A stretch of 63,505 nt of DNA, filler included, from Basidiobolus ranarum (GCA_040143965.1; 51 parts of 51 records of this genome joined end to end with filler, not necessarily neighbours in it); one strand, 5' to 3'; positions 34,925 through 49,039 are shown, counted from the whole stretch's first letter. Program-made: numbers and translations. Notes: generated by a model not told the origin, from the sequence alone.

Positions 34925-35344
34925 NNNNNNNNNNNNNNNNNNNNNNNNNNNNNNNNNNNNNNNNNNNNTTAATTAATTAANNNNNNNNNNNNNNNNNNNN
35001 NNNNNNNNNNNNNNNNNNNNNNNNCGTGCGCACTTAATAATCTATGAAGTAAATCGAAACAAAAAGGAACACTTCCTAACAAATAGGAACACTGTATTGG
35101 TTCAATGGAGAGAAAACACTTACTGAGAAAACACTGAGCGTTCGTTCATATTCGGCACTTTCAGGTTTTGGATTAATATTCTAAAAATACATTTCTTATT
35201 ACGTTGCTTCCACAATGAGTTATATTAGATACGTATCACACATGTTTCCTGAAACACTTCTGGTATATCTTAATATCCAGTCTTCGCGAGTATATATCTA
35301 CACTACTGCTGCTTACCTATTTTTTCAAATGATTTTATGATGTA

Positions 35345-35425
35345 GATCTGCCTTATATTTGATCTGCATTATCTTTGATCGGCATTATATTTGATCTGCA
35401 TTATATTTGATCTGCATTATATTTG
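35345..35425 (+). repeat. 16-bp tandem repeat (GATCTGCATTATATTT) x~5
   Basis: Directly visible. Confidence 0.9.
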
Positions 35426-36270
35426 CCACCCAGCTTAATCCGAGTCCAAATAACCATCTCTCACAATATAGAGCTGATGACCTAGAACTTTGTGATGTTC
35501 TTGATGTTGAATGCGGCACTTTGAATATTTTAATCAAAATTGGGAATAGCAGCACCAACAGTTAAATATCACAGAACAGATCGAAGTTTGAATATCAATT
35601 GATTCAATCAGTTGAGTATGACTCCATATCATGAAAATCATCATAAGTTGACAAAGTCAATATTTCTTATCAATACAGTTCAGTTTCATCAAATCATGTG
35701 TTTGACAACAAACATTAGTAACTAAGTTGCTAAATGTGCTATGCAAAATGCAGCAAATATGTAATAAGATAGTATGCAGTTAGCTGGCCTTAGTAGTCAA
35801 ATAAGGAACTAATACTGGGATTAATTATATACATATCCTTCAATAAATTGGAAACATTTTGAAGGGCAGATTGTAAAAGTTAACTGTAATTTTTTTTGTC
35901 TTCCCTAACAGCATGCAATTAATCACAGTGATACTGGAAATGAAACCAGTTAGGCATTATTTTGATTGCACTGATATTGGAGGTTATGCTAGATAAGCTA
36001 TATGTTCTGAAAATGATATCCTGAATATGTGGAACAATTTCTGTAAATCACTTTTATCTCCAACTTTGTATTCTCAGTTCAAAGCCCATTTCCTAAGCTT
36101 GCACTCTCTGTAATGTCTGCTTCCCAAATTTATGGAACTTTTCCCTCCTCTGAAAAATTGGATGCAACCTNNNNNNNNNNNNNNNNNNNNNNNNNNNNNN
36201 NNNNNNNNNNNNNNTTAATTAATTAANNNNNNNNNNNNNNNNNNNNNNNNNNNNNNNNNNNNNNNNNNNN

Positions 36271-37416
36271 CAATAATTTTAATGCATCACTAAGCCCAAT
36301 TAGATCCTTTTTGTCATAAGAATATGTGTATCTTAATCCCAGATCAATTGTCCCATTCAAGTATCTGAAAATTCACTTAACTACTGCATAATGCTCAGAT
36401 CCTGGGTTTGGCACATGTTGACTGATTACTCCCACGGCAAAAGAGATATCTGGCCAGGTTCCAGTCATAGCATAGATTAAACTACCTACCATAGATTGAT
36501 ATGGGAACTCAGGGCTTTCAAATGACATATTTTGAGCCATATTTAGCCAATTTTCATTATTTTGATGGGATTTTTGACTATTCTCACACCTGGATCCATG
36601 GGAGTTGGTACTGGCTTGCAATTCTCCATCCTGTGACATCTGAACAAGTCTGAGATGTATTTAGATTGACTCAGAGTAATAGATTTGCTCAATATATCTG
36701 TATGGGTCTGCAGACCTAAAAAATATGTAAGTGCACCTAAATCAGTCATCTTGAATTGGACTGATAGATCTCTTTTGGTGTTCCTAACAGCTTGATCATT
36801 ATTGGTAGCTATAATCAGATCATCTATATATAAGGCAAGTATCACCTTACTGTCCTTATCTGTCTTAAAGTAGATCCCAAAATCCACCATACTCTTTTGG
36901 AAATCAAGTGATTCCAAGTATGTGTCTATCTTAGTGTACCAGGCCCTGGGTGATTGTTTAAGTCCATCAAGTGATTTTTGAAGCTTAGACATGTCCTCAG
37001 GATGCTCATGATCCACAAAACCATCTGGTTGATCCATGAATATATCCTCTTCCAAGTCCCCATTCAAAAAAGCAGTTTTAACAACCATTTGATGGATTTT
37101 TAAGCTATGTTTGCTGCTACTGCTAGTATGGTTCTGAAGGAATTAAACATTGCTACAGGAGCAAAAGTTTCATTGTAGTCCACTCCTTCCATTTGAGAGT
37201 ATCATTTAGCCACAAGTCTGGCTTTATATCTCTCTACAGATCCATCAGCTTGCTGTTTAACCTTTGACACCCATTTGCATACAATTGATTTTTGGTCATC
37301 AGGTAGCTTGACTAAAGTCCAAGTTTGGTTACCTATAAGTGACTGATACTCCTCTGCCATTGCGGCACTCCAAAACTTCATATAGGGACTCTCCACAGCC
37401 TCCTGTACTGATTTGG
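36271..37416 (-). mobile_element. Ty1/Copia RT, near-identical family to 10030-11167
   Basis: KARLVAK, KTAFLNG, LKQSPRAW, LYIDD. Confidence 0.95.
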
Positions 37417-39784
37417 NNNNNNNNNNNNNNNNNNNNNNNNNNNNNNNNNNNNNNNNNNNNTTAATTAATTAANNNNNNNNNNNNNNNNNNNNNNNNNNNN
37501 NNNNNNNNNNNNNNNNAACTATAAATGTCAACTGAACACTCAATAAATCAATAAGTGAAAACCACCAATCTCTCTAATTCTCCAAACCACTTCCAACAGG
37601 CTCTCAAATACTTTAACATAAGCATGCCATATTATGTTAAAAAGATGGTTTTCTACATAGCAAGATTTGGTATGCTAGAAAGCCAGGTTGATGCGTGAAA
37701 ACTAGAGAGAGTGGGTGATTGATTAGTTGAGATACACTGAGTAGTGAATTGTAGGATAGGTCTTGCTGAGTGGTAGACTAAACCAAAAGTATAGTGGGTT
37801 TAATTTATGTTTTCTGTAGTGAAGTGGCATAGCAGGCATCAACAAAGTTAATTTTGTATTTGGTAGGAGCTACACCATAGTTAAGTAAGAGAATCAATGC
37901 ATCATAAATCAAATGATGTTTTGATAGTGATGAAGGAATTGAATTAAGATGGGAATCGATACGCCAAGGTAATAAGCCTCGTTGGCTCACTTGAAATTAG
38001 TTAGTTAAACTCCATTTAGTTCGAAGATCTTTCAACAGCAACTTGCATAATTCAAATAGGAGGCGTGTCTAAGAATATTTGAAAAATAAGGAAAATGATT
38101 GGCGAAGACACGTGATCCAGGATGAGCATGGTATATAAATCGAATTAGCACCAGCAGATACTTCATAAAATGGCCTATAAACACTGTGAACAATTAGAAG
38201 TGGGCTCGATTTGGTAATCATAACTATGACTCCAGCATGGGTAATATGGTTACTGGTGATGAATTGTTGTGTAAGCTCTGAATTTTTTATACTGTCCACG
38301 CCCACCTCATCCTATGTGATACGTTCTCCTTTCAGCGTTCATTGAGAATCTAGGACTCCTGGACAAGTACCTTGCAGTTTAGATTATTGCTGCGATGATT
38401 ACGAGGGTCCTGATAGGATATTTTGTTCCTGGAGTAGAGGAGGCCTTCATAACCATCTGATTTGATACCGTTTCCGTGACTATTGCCATTGGCGTTCTTG
38501 TCATGATGCATTCAGTTCTTTGGACTTGTTCCATTGTGCCAGGATTTATCGGACCTTGGATCAATATATTAGAGTAAACATGATTGAAACTGATCATGCC
38601 AGAGGGTGCTGGATAGTGCCAAATTGTGCCGCATCAATTTTAGAATGCTTTATCCAATATGNNNNNNNNNNNNNNNNNNNNNNNNNNNNNNNNNNNNNNN
38701 NNNNNTTAATTAATTAANNNNNNNNNNNNNNNNNNNNNNNNNNNNNNNNNNNNNNNNNNNNACGTTTAGGTCCCGATCCACCTGTCCAGATTGTACCAAA
38801 AAATGTGATTCGAATTAAATAAATAAGGAACTCTTAATGGATCCAAATTTACTTGTTAATGAACTAAAAGTTTGTAATGTTCAATGAAGGAATTGTTATG
38901 CAGGCTGGCCAATGCAAATCACAGACCTTTGTTCCATTAACTTGGGTTTGGTGTTTTTTAAAAACTTACTTAATTTGTACGGTTATGACCGAATATAGGA
39001 ATAGCCGTATTGGACTACCTCTGTATATGCGATTAGCGATCAATCCTGCTAGATATGATCACAAATTTACTGAATCTCAATAAGGATTCAAGAGTTTGGC
39101 TTTGTTTTCTTTTGATATACTGCATTTCGGCTTTTACATTTATATATAGTAGTACAATAGTGGGCCAATATCAAGAAGTCAAGGATGATAAACACCACAT
39201 AGTATACTATTTATTTAATAACTAGATGAATTTCTATTAAATAAATAAGCCAATGTACCATAATATGCTAACAACTATGTTGAAGTTAAATAGAAAGAAA
39301 GTAATGAGGTATGGAAATACTGAGGTTAGTTGAAAATCTTAGAGTTTGCTATTTCCTGCAGATGTTGAATGTCAAAGTCTAGTAGAGAATGAAGTTAAAC
39401 TGCTTGTTCACTGTAGTGTTTTCTTAGAAAATTGGTAACTTGATGAGAGGGAGAGTTTTGGGAGGGATGAAAAGCATCAGGTGGTGTGGACTTTATTTAG
39501 GTTGTAGATGTTCTGGTAAGGATGAAAAGAGGGGGTCTGGGGGAAGTAGTCCTGTGGTATAAAAAGAAAACAGGGGGAGTGGGGGATGCAATCCCCCATG
39601 TACACCATTCTGTCACAATATACTTAACTCACTAGTATATGGGAAGAATTGGGCTTGCCCAAATTTTCCAAAGGGTGGAGCTCTGACCTTTGACATATCT
39701 GAGGAAGTGACACTGTTTCTAACATTATAAAGCAGCCTATTCTAGCTTCTATAGTTTCTATGAATTATGCAAAAATTCTCAGAT

Positions 39785-39906
39785 CCCTAACAAAAATAAA
39801 ATCGATTTGATCCGGATCGGATCCACCCTCCAAAATAGCAAAACCATCAGAGAACCATCACAATATTGTTGGCTTGCATTCTGCCAGGGATTTTGATGAT
39901 GTGATG
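39785..39906 (-). mobile_element. CMC right terminus (also 59596-59785 and 60584-61025)
   Basis: CCCTAACAAAAATAAAATCGATTTGATCCGGATCGGATCC; at 60584 it runs into the transposase 3' region. Confidence 0.8.
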
Positions 39907-40089
39907 NNNNNNNNNNNNNNNNNNNNNNNNNNNNNNNNNNNNNNNNNNNNTTAATTAATTAANNNNNNNNNNNNNNNNNNNNNNNNNNNNNNNNNNNNNN
40001 NNNNNNAATAAATAATTATCTCACAAAGCTATTCACAACTCCACTTTTCCAGAGTTCCTCCAAACAGCCCATATTTTCCCAATAATTTT

Positions 40090-41150
40090 CAGATGATAAA
40101 CTTGATGTAATGAAAGTGATTTGAAACTGTTTATAATAAATCAAACTTGCCTTCCATTCCAGAAATAACTTCAAAATCCCTTGATGACTCATTTGTGAAA
40201 CCATCTCAGAATCAGACAATGATATCAATGAGGTATACCTTACAGAGGAGGAGTTGTTTTTCAACAATATGCTTATCATGCCGCAACACAAATGCTTGAT
40301 GAAGCCCCACTATTGTAGTTACAAATTCTTATGCTATGAAAGCCAGAGGCTTCACAGAAAAAAAATCACAAGCATAGTCACTGTACAAAGCCACTAGCGG
40401 CACAAAGCCTATTGAATATTAAAAGTTATATGTGCATAAAATTTACTTCAGTTTTGCCTACTGAGTTTGCTGGCTGTACCTTGCCTCAAAGTCTTGGTAA
40501 CACTGCCAAAAGTCAAGATATTGTTGAGTTACCACAGTCACATGACCCAAATGATGTAAGTAGAAAAGCAACTGTGGTCAAACCAGTAAGTCAAGACAAC
40601 TATGAGGATTTGCTGCTAGATGTTGACCTTGGTTACTCCAGTACTGATCATGGTATATCAAAAGATGAAGATGACAACAATGGTCTTGCTACAGACTCAT
40701 GGTTATTGGCAAGATATTATTCCACTCACAACATTAACAGAAAAGGAAGCAGCTTTGATTATTGAAGAGTGGAGAGTTCAAGCATATTGGAGCAACAAGG
40801 TGTTTATTGGTTTTCATACACTTTGATCACAGTTGATTGGCAACTGTATGTTGTGACAGACCAGGTACAAGTAGAAAATACTTGTAAATTGTATGACTTA
40901 TAATCCTTCAATAATTAAACTACCTTAATGTCCAAATGGTTGTTTAGCTTTCACTGACAATCTGATAAACCTGAAGTCATGTATTGTTTGCACACAAATC
41001 CCTAACAGAAATTTGAGGATTGTTATTGTAGGAAAACCATCACAATTTTAATCCATTTGGGGTTGACCGTTTACTTACCGTCATAAAAACATCAAGTTAG
41101 ATTTGATTTTAATCAATTTTTTCAGTTTCAGGAGTGAAATTTCAAGATCT
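40090..41150 (+). mobile_element. CMC transposase 5' region interrupted by CMC left end at 41000
   Basis: EAALIIEEW..Q..SN.VFIGF; CCCTAACAGAAATTTGAGG. Confidence 0.8.
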
Positions 41151-41250
41151 NNNNNNNNNNNNNNNNNNNNNNNNNNNNNNNNNNNNNNNNNNNNTTAATT
41201 AATTAANNNNNNNNNNNNNNNNNNNNNNNNNNNNNNNNNNNNNNNNNNNN

Positions 41251-42394
41251 TAGTTCTGGAATACTCTGCAACTCCTGATGCACAAAATTTTGAAGGCTAC
41301 AGTGATGCAGACTGGGGGAGAAACCCTGAAGATAGAAGATCAACAACTGGATACACTTTTCTCTATGGTAATGGAGCCATAACTTGGAATAGTAAGAAGC
41401 AACCAACCATAGCACTTTCCACTACAGAAGCAGAGTGTATGGCTGCCTCTGCTACTATGCAAGGAGCTATGTGGTTAAGGAAGTTATTTACAGACTTAGA
41501 ATACATGCCAAAACATGCTATTATTGTATTTGAAGATAATCAAAGTTGTATTTAATTAGCTAAAAATCCTACATTACATGCTAGAACAAAGCATATAGAT
41601 ATTAGGTATCATTTTGTTGGAGAAGCAATAGAGAATGATATAATTGAACTTGTCTATTGCCCTACTGAAGAAATGATATCTGATATCTTAACAAAACCTT
41701 TAGCTAAAGCTCAATTTGAATTATTAAGATATAAGTTAGGTTTAAGAGAAATACAAAATAATTAGTTAAGTGGGAATGTTGAAATTAGGTAAATAGCAAC
41801 TCATTATTTAGTAGTTAGTTTATTCATATTCTGATTATTTAGTACTCAATTCTGTCATTCAAAGAATGTGTGTTTATTGCCTTAATTAATAGAAATATCA
41901 ATTAGATCACTTTTACCAACTTTCACTATTTTTGCAAAACTTCTCCAAATCATCTCAAATTTTCACCCATGCTTAACAGGTATGTTTGTTATGATATAAG
42001 CACGTCCCATAGTCCTATTTCATAGTAAACTATAAATAGGACATATTCAATTCAATAAAACTTAAGTGTCTAATTCACAAATCAGAATCTTGTCCAAAAC
42101 ACTTCCAAATCCCCTCAACACTTTTTTCATAAAGAAAGGTCAGAAGGTTACTTTTCATCTCCAGAGACTACATCCCAAAGCTCCCTGTCTTCCAACATGA
42201 TTTGCATCTTGAACTTCCAGAAGTTGTAGTTTTCTCAACCAAGCTTTGAAACACTTGAGTTTATAAAAGTGGTAGTAGTGGTTCATGTCATGCTGTAAAG
42301 GTTAGAACATGGGGCTCATAGCCAATTGGGAAAATATGGGCTGTTTGTTGGAACCTTAGAAAAGTGCAGTTGTGAATAGCTTTGTGAGATAATT
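41251..42394. mobile_element. Copia B RNase H, PPT and 3' LTR (41777-~42129, +) adjoining Copia C gag/PBS/LTR (-)
   Basis: YSDADWG, ALSTTEAE, ARTKHIDIR, DILTKPL; LTR B sequence. Confidence 0.9.
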
Positions 42395-42494
42395 NNNNNN
42401 NNNNNNNNNNNNNNNNNNNNNNNNNNNNNNNNNNNNNNTTAATTAATTAANNNNNNNNNNNNNNNNNNNNNNNNNNNNNNNNNNNNNNNNNNNN

Positions 42495-43638
42495 GATCCA
42501 TGTATATATCTTTATCAATTTCTCCATTAAGAAATGCTGTTTTTACATCCATTTGTTTAATCAGCATTCCTTGGTGGGTAGCAATGGCTAGGATTACTCT
42601 GATTGCGGTAAACTTAGCATTGGGAGAGAATGTTTCATCATATTCAATGCCATGTTTCTGAGCATAGCCCTTTACTACTAATCTTGCTTTGTACCGGTTG
42701 ATAGAACCATCTCAGTTAAGTTTCAGGGTCAGCACCCATCTATCATCTATAGTTTTCTTCCAGTAGGTAAGTCCACAAGGGTCCATGTGTTATTCTTGAT
42801 TAGGGAGTGAATTTTATCATCAGTGGCTTTTCTCCATTCTGTTGCTTCATCAGATTGCAGAGCTTGTGTCAAATTTTCTGGTTCAGAAGTTGCTATATGT
42901 GCAGATATATTCAACCCTTTTTCTGACTTGAAACTGTTGATTTTATGCTCTGATTTGAGATATCCAATGTCCATGGTAGAATGATCAGATGTTTCACTTA
43001 CAGGATGTTTCTGATTTCCACTTAATAGGATGTCTGAGACCTGATTGCCTGAATTTTGTGATTGATTGAATGCTTGTTGTGATTGATGGCATACTTCCAA
43101 TAATTGATTGCATCCAATATCAGCCAGATTGAGAGTAGGATATTTCTTAGGTATGTGATTGGTCAGAAAGTTATTTCTTGGTTTCTGAGCCCAACTTCCT
43201 GATTTCTGATTGGCTGGAAAAATGTCCTTTTTCTGATAACCTTATTTTTCATTGGCAGAGATAGTATGCTGATTTCCAGAAGCTGGTTCCAAAATATCAG
43301 TATCTTTAGGGTAAACATCAGGTCTTCTGGTAGATATTGGTGCATTTCCAGTGCTGCCTAATGTTTCACTACTCATATAGCTGCTTGATTCCAGAATATC
43401 ATATAATAGTTTGTTCTCCTTGGTTTTAGAACTTGTAGTGAAGTTTGAGACAGGATTATTGCTTGTTGGTTTTCTGCTAGGAATATTCACCACAGGGATT
43501 GGTAATGATTTGAGCTTTGTCATATATTCATGGGTGGATGATGTTTTAGACCTTGTAGTGAAGTTTGAGACAGGATTATTGCTTGTTGGTTTTCTGCCAG
43601 GAATATTCACCATAGGGATTGGTAATGATTTGAGCTTT
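42495..43638 (-). mobile_element. Copia integrase-RT spacer and RT start, with a 120-bp in-frame duplication (43424-43638)
   Basis: [36 protein letters not shown]; repeated VNIP.RKPTSNNPVSNFTT.SKT. Confidence 0.88.
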
Positions 43639-43809
43639 NNNNNNNNNNNNNNNNNNNNNNNNNNNNNNNNNNNNNNNNNNNNTTAATTAATTAANNNNNN
43701 NNNNNNNNNNNNNNNNNNNNNNNNNNNNNNNNNNNNNNGTGCTACAAATTTAAAAAGTTGTATAAAATGCAATGTATTTGTAACTAAGGTATTTCATATA
43801 ATATAAATA

Positions 43810-44260
43810 AAAGCAACGCGCACTACAGAACCCTCTATAATTTCAAAAACCTACTAACTTTCAAGCTGCATAGTACAGGAAATATGCCTTTATGCATTGC
43901 CCCTGATTTTATAGGGGCTACATTGGTGGTAGACTGTCAACGCACACTACAAACATGAGCCTCTTTCTAAAAACTTGTTTACTTCCATAGTGCATATAAC
44001 TGTTACCATGTCATTATATTGTATCTCTGACTTTACAGGAGTCACAAAGACCGCTCATCCCTCGACGCGCACTACAAACATGAGTCTCTTTTTAAAAACA
44101 TATTTACTTTTGGCGTGCGTATAACTGATACCACGTCATTATTTTTTACCTTTGACTTTATAGGAGTTACGAAGACCGCTCATCCCTTGACGCGCACTAC
44201 AAACGTGAGCCTCTTTTTAAAAACATATTTACTTTTGGCATGCGTATAACTGAAACCACC
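43810..44260 (+). repeat. ~125-bp tandem repeat x~3.5
   Basis: ACGC(G/A)CACTACA near 43816, 43940, 44065 and 44190. Confidence 0.85.
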
Positions 44261-44982
44261 ATATCATTGCCAAATAGTCAACATAATGACAATATCAACC
44301 CTATAGGAAGAATCATTCCCACATGCCTTAAGCGTAGGATTATCTATTCTAGTTCAGATGATGATAATGGATGACAATGCATTAACCAAACATTATCTGT
44401 ATTTAATATCTTATATATTATCTTGGATATCTTGTCACTTTAAATAAATAGGTCATTCCTTTAATGAGATTTTAGTGTTTTGGATTTTGGATTTCTGCAA
44501 TGTGATGAAATATTCAAGTTAGTGGTACGCAAATGAAACAAGTGCTTCAAAATAATACTATTGATCAGCTGGTGAAAAGCGTTGATTAAAAATAAGAAAG
44601 CAATACTACAGGCTTGCGAATTGATTTGTGAATGAAAATTATCAAGTTGTATATTAACAAAATCAAATATCATTTTCTCTCTCAGGTAAGTTGTACCCCC
44701 CCATCAATAATATACCTCCACATTAGAAAGGCCTCACTTTCATTGTAATGGAGTCGGAAGTGTTTGAGCAGTGTACCGGATCATTTGTCTCTCTCAAGAC
44801 AGTGGGTCATTAGATGTCCTAGAAGCACAGCAAACTGTGTGCATTCTGATCAACGTTCAACCTTGAGAACGTGGTACTGTTTNNNNNNNNNNNNNNNNNN
44901 NNNNNNNNNNNNNNNNNNNNNNNNNNTTAATTAATTAANNNNNNNNNNNNNNNNNNNNNNNNNNNNNNNNNNNNNNNNNNNN

Positions 44983-46125
44983 AGGATTATGAGTCATACA
45001 ATTGACAAGTGTTTTCCACTTGTACCAGGTCTGTGGCAAGCAACAGTTGACAATCCACTGTGATAAAAGTGCAAGAAAACCAATAAACACCTGGTTGCTT
45101 AGATTGGATTGAACTTTCCACTCCTCAATAATCAAAGCTGCTTCCTTTACTGTAAGTGTTATGAGTGGACTAATGTTTGCCGATAACAAAGAGTCCATAA
45201 CAAAACCATTGTCTTCTTCTTCAACTTCTGATATACTACCATTGGTACTGGAATAACTAAGGTCAACATCTAGCATGAAGTCCTCAAAGTTGTCTGGACT
45301 TACTGGTTTGACCAAAGTTGCATTTTGACCTACATCATTCTGGTCATATAACTGTGGTAACTCCACAGTCTCTTGACTTTTGGCAGTGTTACCAAAACTT
45401 TGACACAAACTACAGTCAGTGAACTCAATAGGCAAAACTAAAGTCAATTTAGTGCACTTATTACTGTTGTTATACACCAGGTTTTGTGCAGCTGGTGGCC
45501 TTGTACAGTGACCATGCTTGTGATTAATTTTGCTACAAAGCCTCCAGCTTTCATAGCACAAGAATTTGTGACAATAATAGCCGGGCTTCTTTAAATGTTT
45601 GTGTTGCGGCATGAGAAGGATATTGTAGAAAAAAGAACACCTCCCACATAAGGGTTGTATTTTAGGTATAGCCCATCAATATCATCAGCTGATGCTGAGA
45701 TGGTGTCACAGATGAGTCATCAGTGGATTTACAAGATATTTCCATCAATAGATGGCAATTTTGGTTTATTATAAGCTGTTTCTAAGCAATTTCATTACAT
45801 CAAGTTTACCATATGAAAATTTTAATGCCATTCAAAAAGCATTTAAAATATAAGTCAATATTGGCTTCCACGCCAAAGCCTGCTGGCACAAAAGGAAAAA
45901 AACCAGCAAAAACAGTGGACTTAATTGATGAACAGTCTAGTGATCCACTATCCACTTTGCAAGGCATTAACATGCCGGAAACTAACTCAAGTAATGATGA
46001 AGCATTAATCAATTTACCAGACATGTTCCTTTCCAGCAATTGTCTAAGTGAAGAGATTCTAATCCCCCAATTACATAGTAAATCAATAGTTGAGCAAATT
46101 TCAACCAAAACACTGTCAAGCCCAT
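44983..46125. mobile_element. CMC central region: transposase 5' end (-, from 45612) divergent from ORF1 (+, from about 45700-45813)
   Basis: Both ORFs in one contig, same arrangement as 1-1155. Confidence 0.8.
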
Positions 46126-46307
46126 NNNNNNNNNNNNNNNNNNNNNNNNNNNNNNNNNNNNNNNNNNNNTTAATTAATTAANNNNNNNNNNNNNNNNNNN
46201 NNNNNNNNNNNNNNNNNNNNNNNNNTGCGTATTAATCAACATACTAACCAACCTTCATTTTGGTTTATTTGTGTGTTAACCTTTACACCAACTTTATACA
46301 ATCATTA

Positions 46308-47368
46308 AACTTACAATTATGATACAACAACATTTGGCTAACTGATGACCTCTTGCTACAAGCGTATGATCCAGGTTTAAACAGAATGTCATATTGCTTT
46401 TACTTATAGTTTCCAGTATGAACTGACATATTAGGTACCATTGAATTGTACATAATACATACATAGATAAAATATTTATACTTGCATTATAGAACCTAGT
46501 GTAAATATCAACACAAAGTGACCTATAAAAGTGAGCAAGGACAGAAGTAACAAAACACATGCAAAGTATAATAAACATTGTAAGTTGGAATCAAGATCAT
46601 TGCCATTGCTTCAGAGTTCAATAGTGATAGCAATGATGCACTAAGAATCAATGGTTAGGTGACATGAGATGTATATATAAAGATTGCTCAACTTAGTTCT
46701 TTACACAGATACTGCTGGAACTGGAATGAAGATATGTAGTGATGGCTCAAGAGTGTGTCATGGGCACCAGGTACTAAGATGTCATTGTTTTCCTTTCTAG
46801 AGAACTCTTTAAGCAAACCCATCCCAGCCTTTAAGCTGAACATTTAACCAAGCTTCCTTCTCTCCAGCTAGAGGTATGGTGTAAAATACTGATACTTGCT
46901 CTACATTCATAGTTTGAGTAGAGATTCATCAATGTCAACCCATTTTTCAAATACATCATTTTTGGCTACTGTGACTTGCACTAAGCCTCATTCTGTCATT
47001 ACTTGAGGATTTGCTACCCATATTCCCTAGAGTGAAGACAAAGATTGTTGATTTTGCTACTGATATTTAATTTGTTTCTCTTCTGGCCTTGATTGATTCC
47101 TTCCTTATTAAGGTGGGAAACTTCTTAAATATGGACTTTCTTACTCTTGCACTTATAGTTGGATATTAATTCTATCCTCTCATGAGGGTATTCTTAGCTC
47201 TGCTTCACTAACATATCTGTCAATGAACTCACAACATTTGTAGATCAGCCACTGCAGGTATGATTTGAGGAAGAACCTCATCTTTGATTATTTATTATCT
47301 TTATAGATTTGCTAACTTGGCATCTTGTGCTATTCAAATTAGTGCCTTGGGAGCCATGCTGTGGGGTA
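46308..47368. repeat. Unclassified interspersed repeat (inverted homolog at about 61200-62265)
   Basis: About 1 kb of colinear similarity, e.g. ORF-track peptides 46294-46578 vs 61994-62317; CpG-depleted. Confidence 0.8.
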
Positions 47369-47468
47369 NNNNNNNNNNNNNNNNNNNNNNNNNNNNNNNN
47401 NNNNNNNNNNNNTTAATTAATTAANNNNNNNNNNNNNNNNNNNNNNNNNNNNNNNNNNNNNNNNNNNN

Positions 47469-48611
47469 TCAGTTTGGTGTTGACCATGCAGATATCTGGG
47501 AAGACCTAAATACAGAGTGGCACAATATTGCAGGGTATCCGCCAGATAGCTGGAAGAATGTTGCTTCAGCAACGTTAATACAATGGTGGGTTTTGATGGA
47601 GATATTGATACAAACTTGTGTTGGGTATGAGCTAAACCTTGGGTATGAAGAACTCTATAAAAATATTCAGGAGAATAAATCAAAGAGACTAGGGATTTCA
47701 AAGGTGACAAGTTAGCATTCAAGTGGTAATTGTGTAAAATTTGAGTTATATTTTTTGCACATGTGTAGATCCATAGTTCACTGATATTGTAGCCAATCAT
47801 GCGCAACTATTTTGTGAGATCTTGAAATTTCACTCCTGAAACTGAAAAAATTGAACAAAATCAAATCTAACTTGAGAATTTTATGACAGTAAGTAAGTGG
47901 TCCATCCCAAATGGATTATAATTGTGATGGTTTTCCTACAATAATAATCCTCAAATTTCTGTTAGGGTATTATTGTGCTCAAACAATGCAAAAACCCATG
48001 AGCACATTGAAAAGAGCTCTTTGTTGGCAGGTTATTATACTCAGGAGTCCACTTAACCCATTGCATTATATTCATAACTGATTTTGCAGATACATCGTTA
48101 ATCAGATTAGCATATGGTAATGCTGCTGATTTCACATGGAGCATCATTTCATCACAGGTGTGCTCCATTGGGAACTCCCAGAATGTATAGCAAAGGGCCT
48201 ATAGTTTCTAAGCATTGTGAAAGATGCAGCAGGGAATGTTTTGAATACCAGCATAGATTCAGTCTATCTTCTTTAAACCTGTAATAAAGTTTTTCATATC
48301 CAATTACAAAATATTTGCACAGTTGCTATATCTGCCTGAGATCTGCCAATGTGAGTTTATGCCATAAGAATATATTAACAATATCAAGAAACAACTCCCA
48401 ATGTTGCCAATACTTATCAGGCAATAATCTTTTCAAAATTCCACTTGAATATATACAAATCCAATAATTCCAGTCTCTGCAGTTGAATAAGAACCTAGAT
48501 GAGTGGATATTGATGGGAGTCCTGGTAAAATATGATGGTATCGTGAAATTTTCAAGCATTTTCCCAATCTATTTAAACTTTGATCTTATCTTGAAATGGC
48601 TCATTCAAATT
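47469..48611 (-). mobile_element. CMC left end (terminus 47967) inserted into a transposase copy
   Basis: ...TTTCTGTTAGGG terminus; the plus strand carries an ORF end DIWEDLNTEWHNIAGYPPDSWKNV...KRLGISKVTS*. Confidence 0.8.
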
Positions 48612-49039
48612 NNNNNNNNNNNNNNNNNNNNNNNNNNNNNNNNNNNNNNNNNNNNTTAATTAATTAANNNNNNNNNNNNNNNNNNNNNNNNNNNNNNNNN
48701 NNNNNNNNNNNAGTGAGAGACAAATGATTGGCCTAAAAGCCTGTGAATGTCTTGGTTATACAATTGATTGGGTAAGTTTCAGTATAAAAAGTTTATTATT
48801 ACATATTTCAAAATTGTTAAGTTACAAACTAGAGGATAAACTTGCATTGTCAGTTTCCCAAAATCTCAGTTTAGCTATACTCAATGAGTTGCATAAAAAA
48901 AATTAAGTGCTATAGGACCTAGCCATGGTAACTGACCAATTGTGCCAGATAGTGTGTTAGCAGGCTGGATTGAGTGGCACAATCTGACCTGGTCCCATGG
49001 AGCAAGTCTGTTACTTGAGTCATTTTCAAGCATGTTAGT

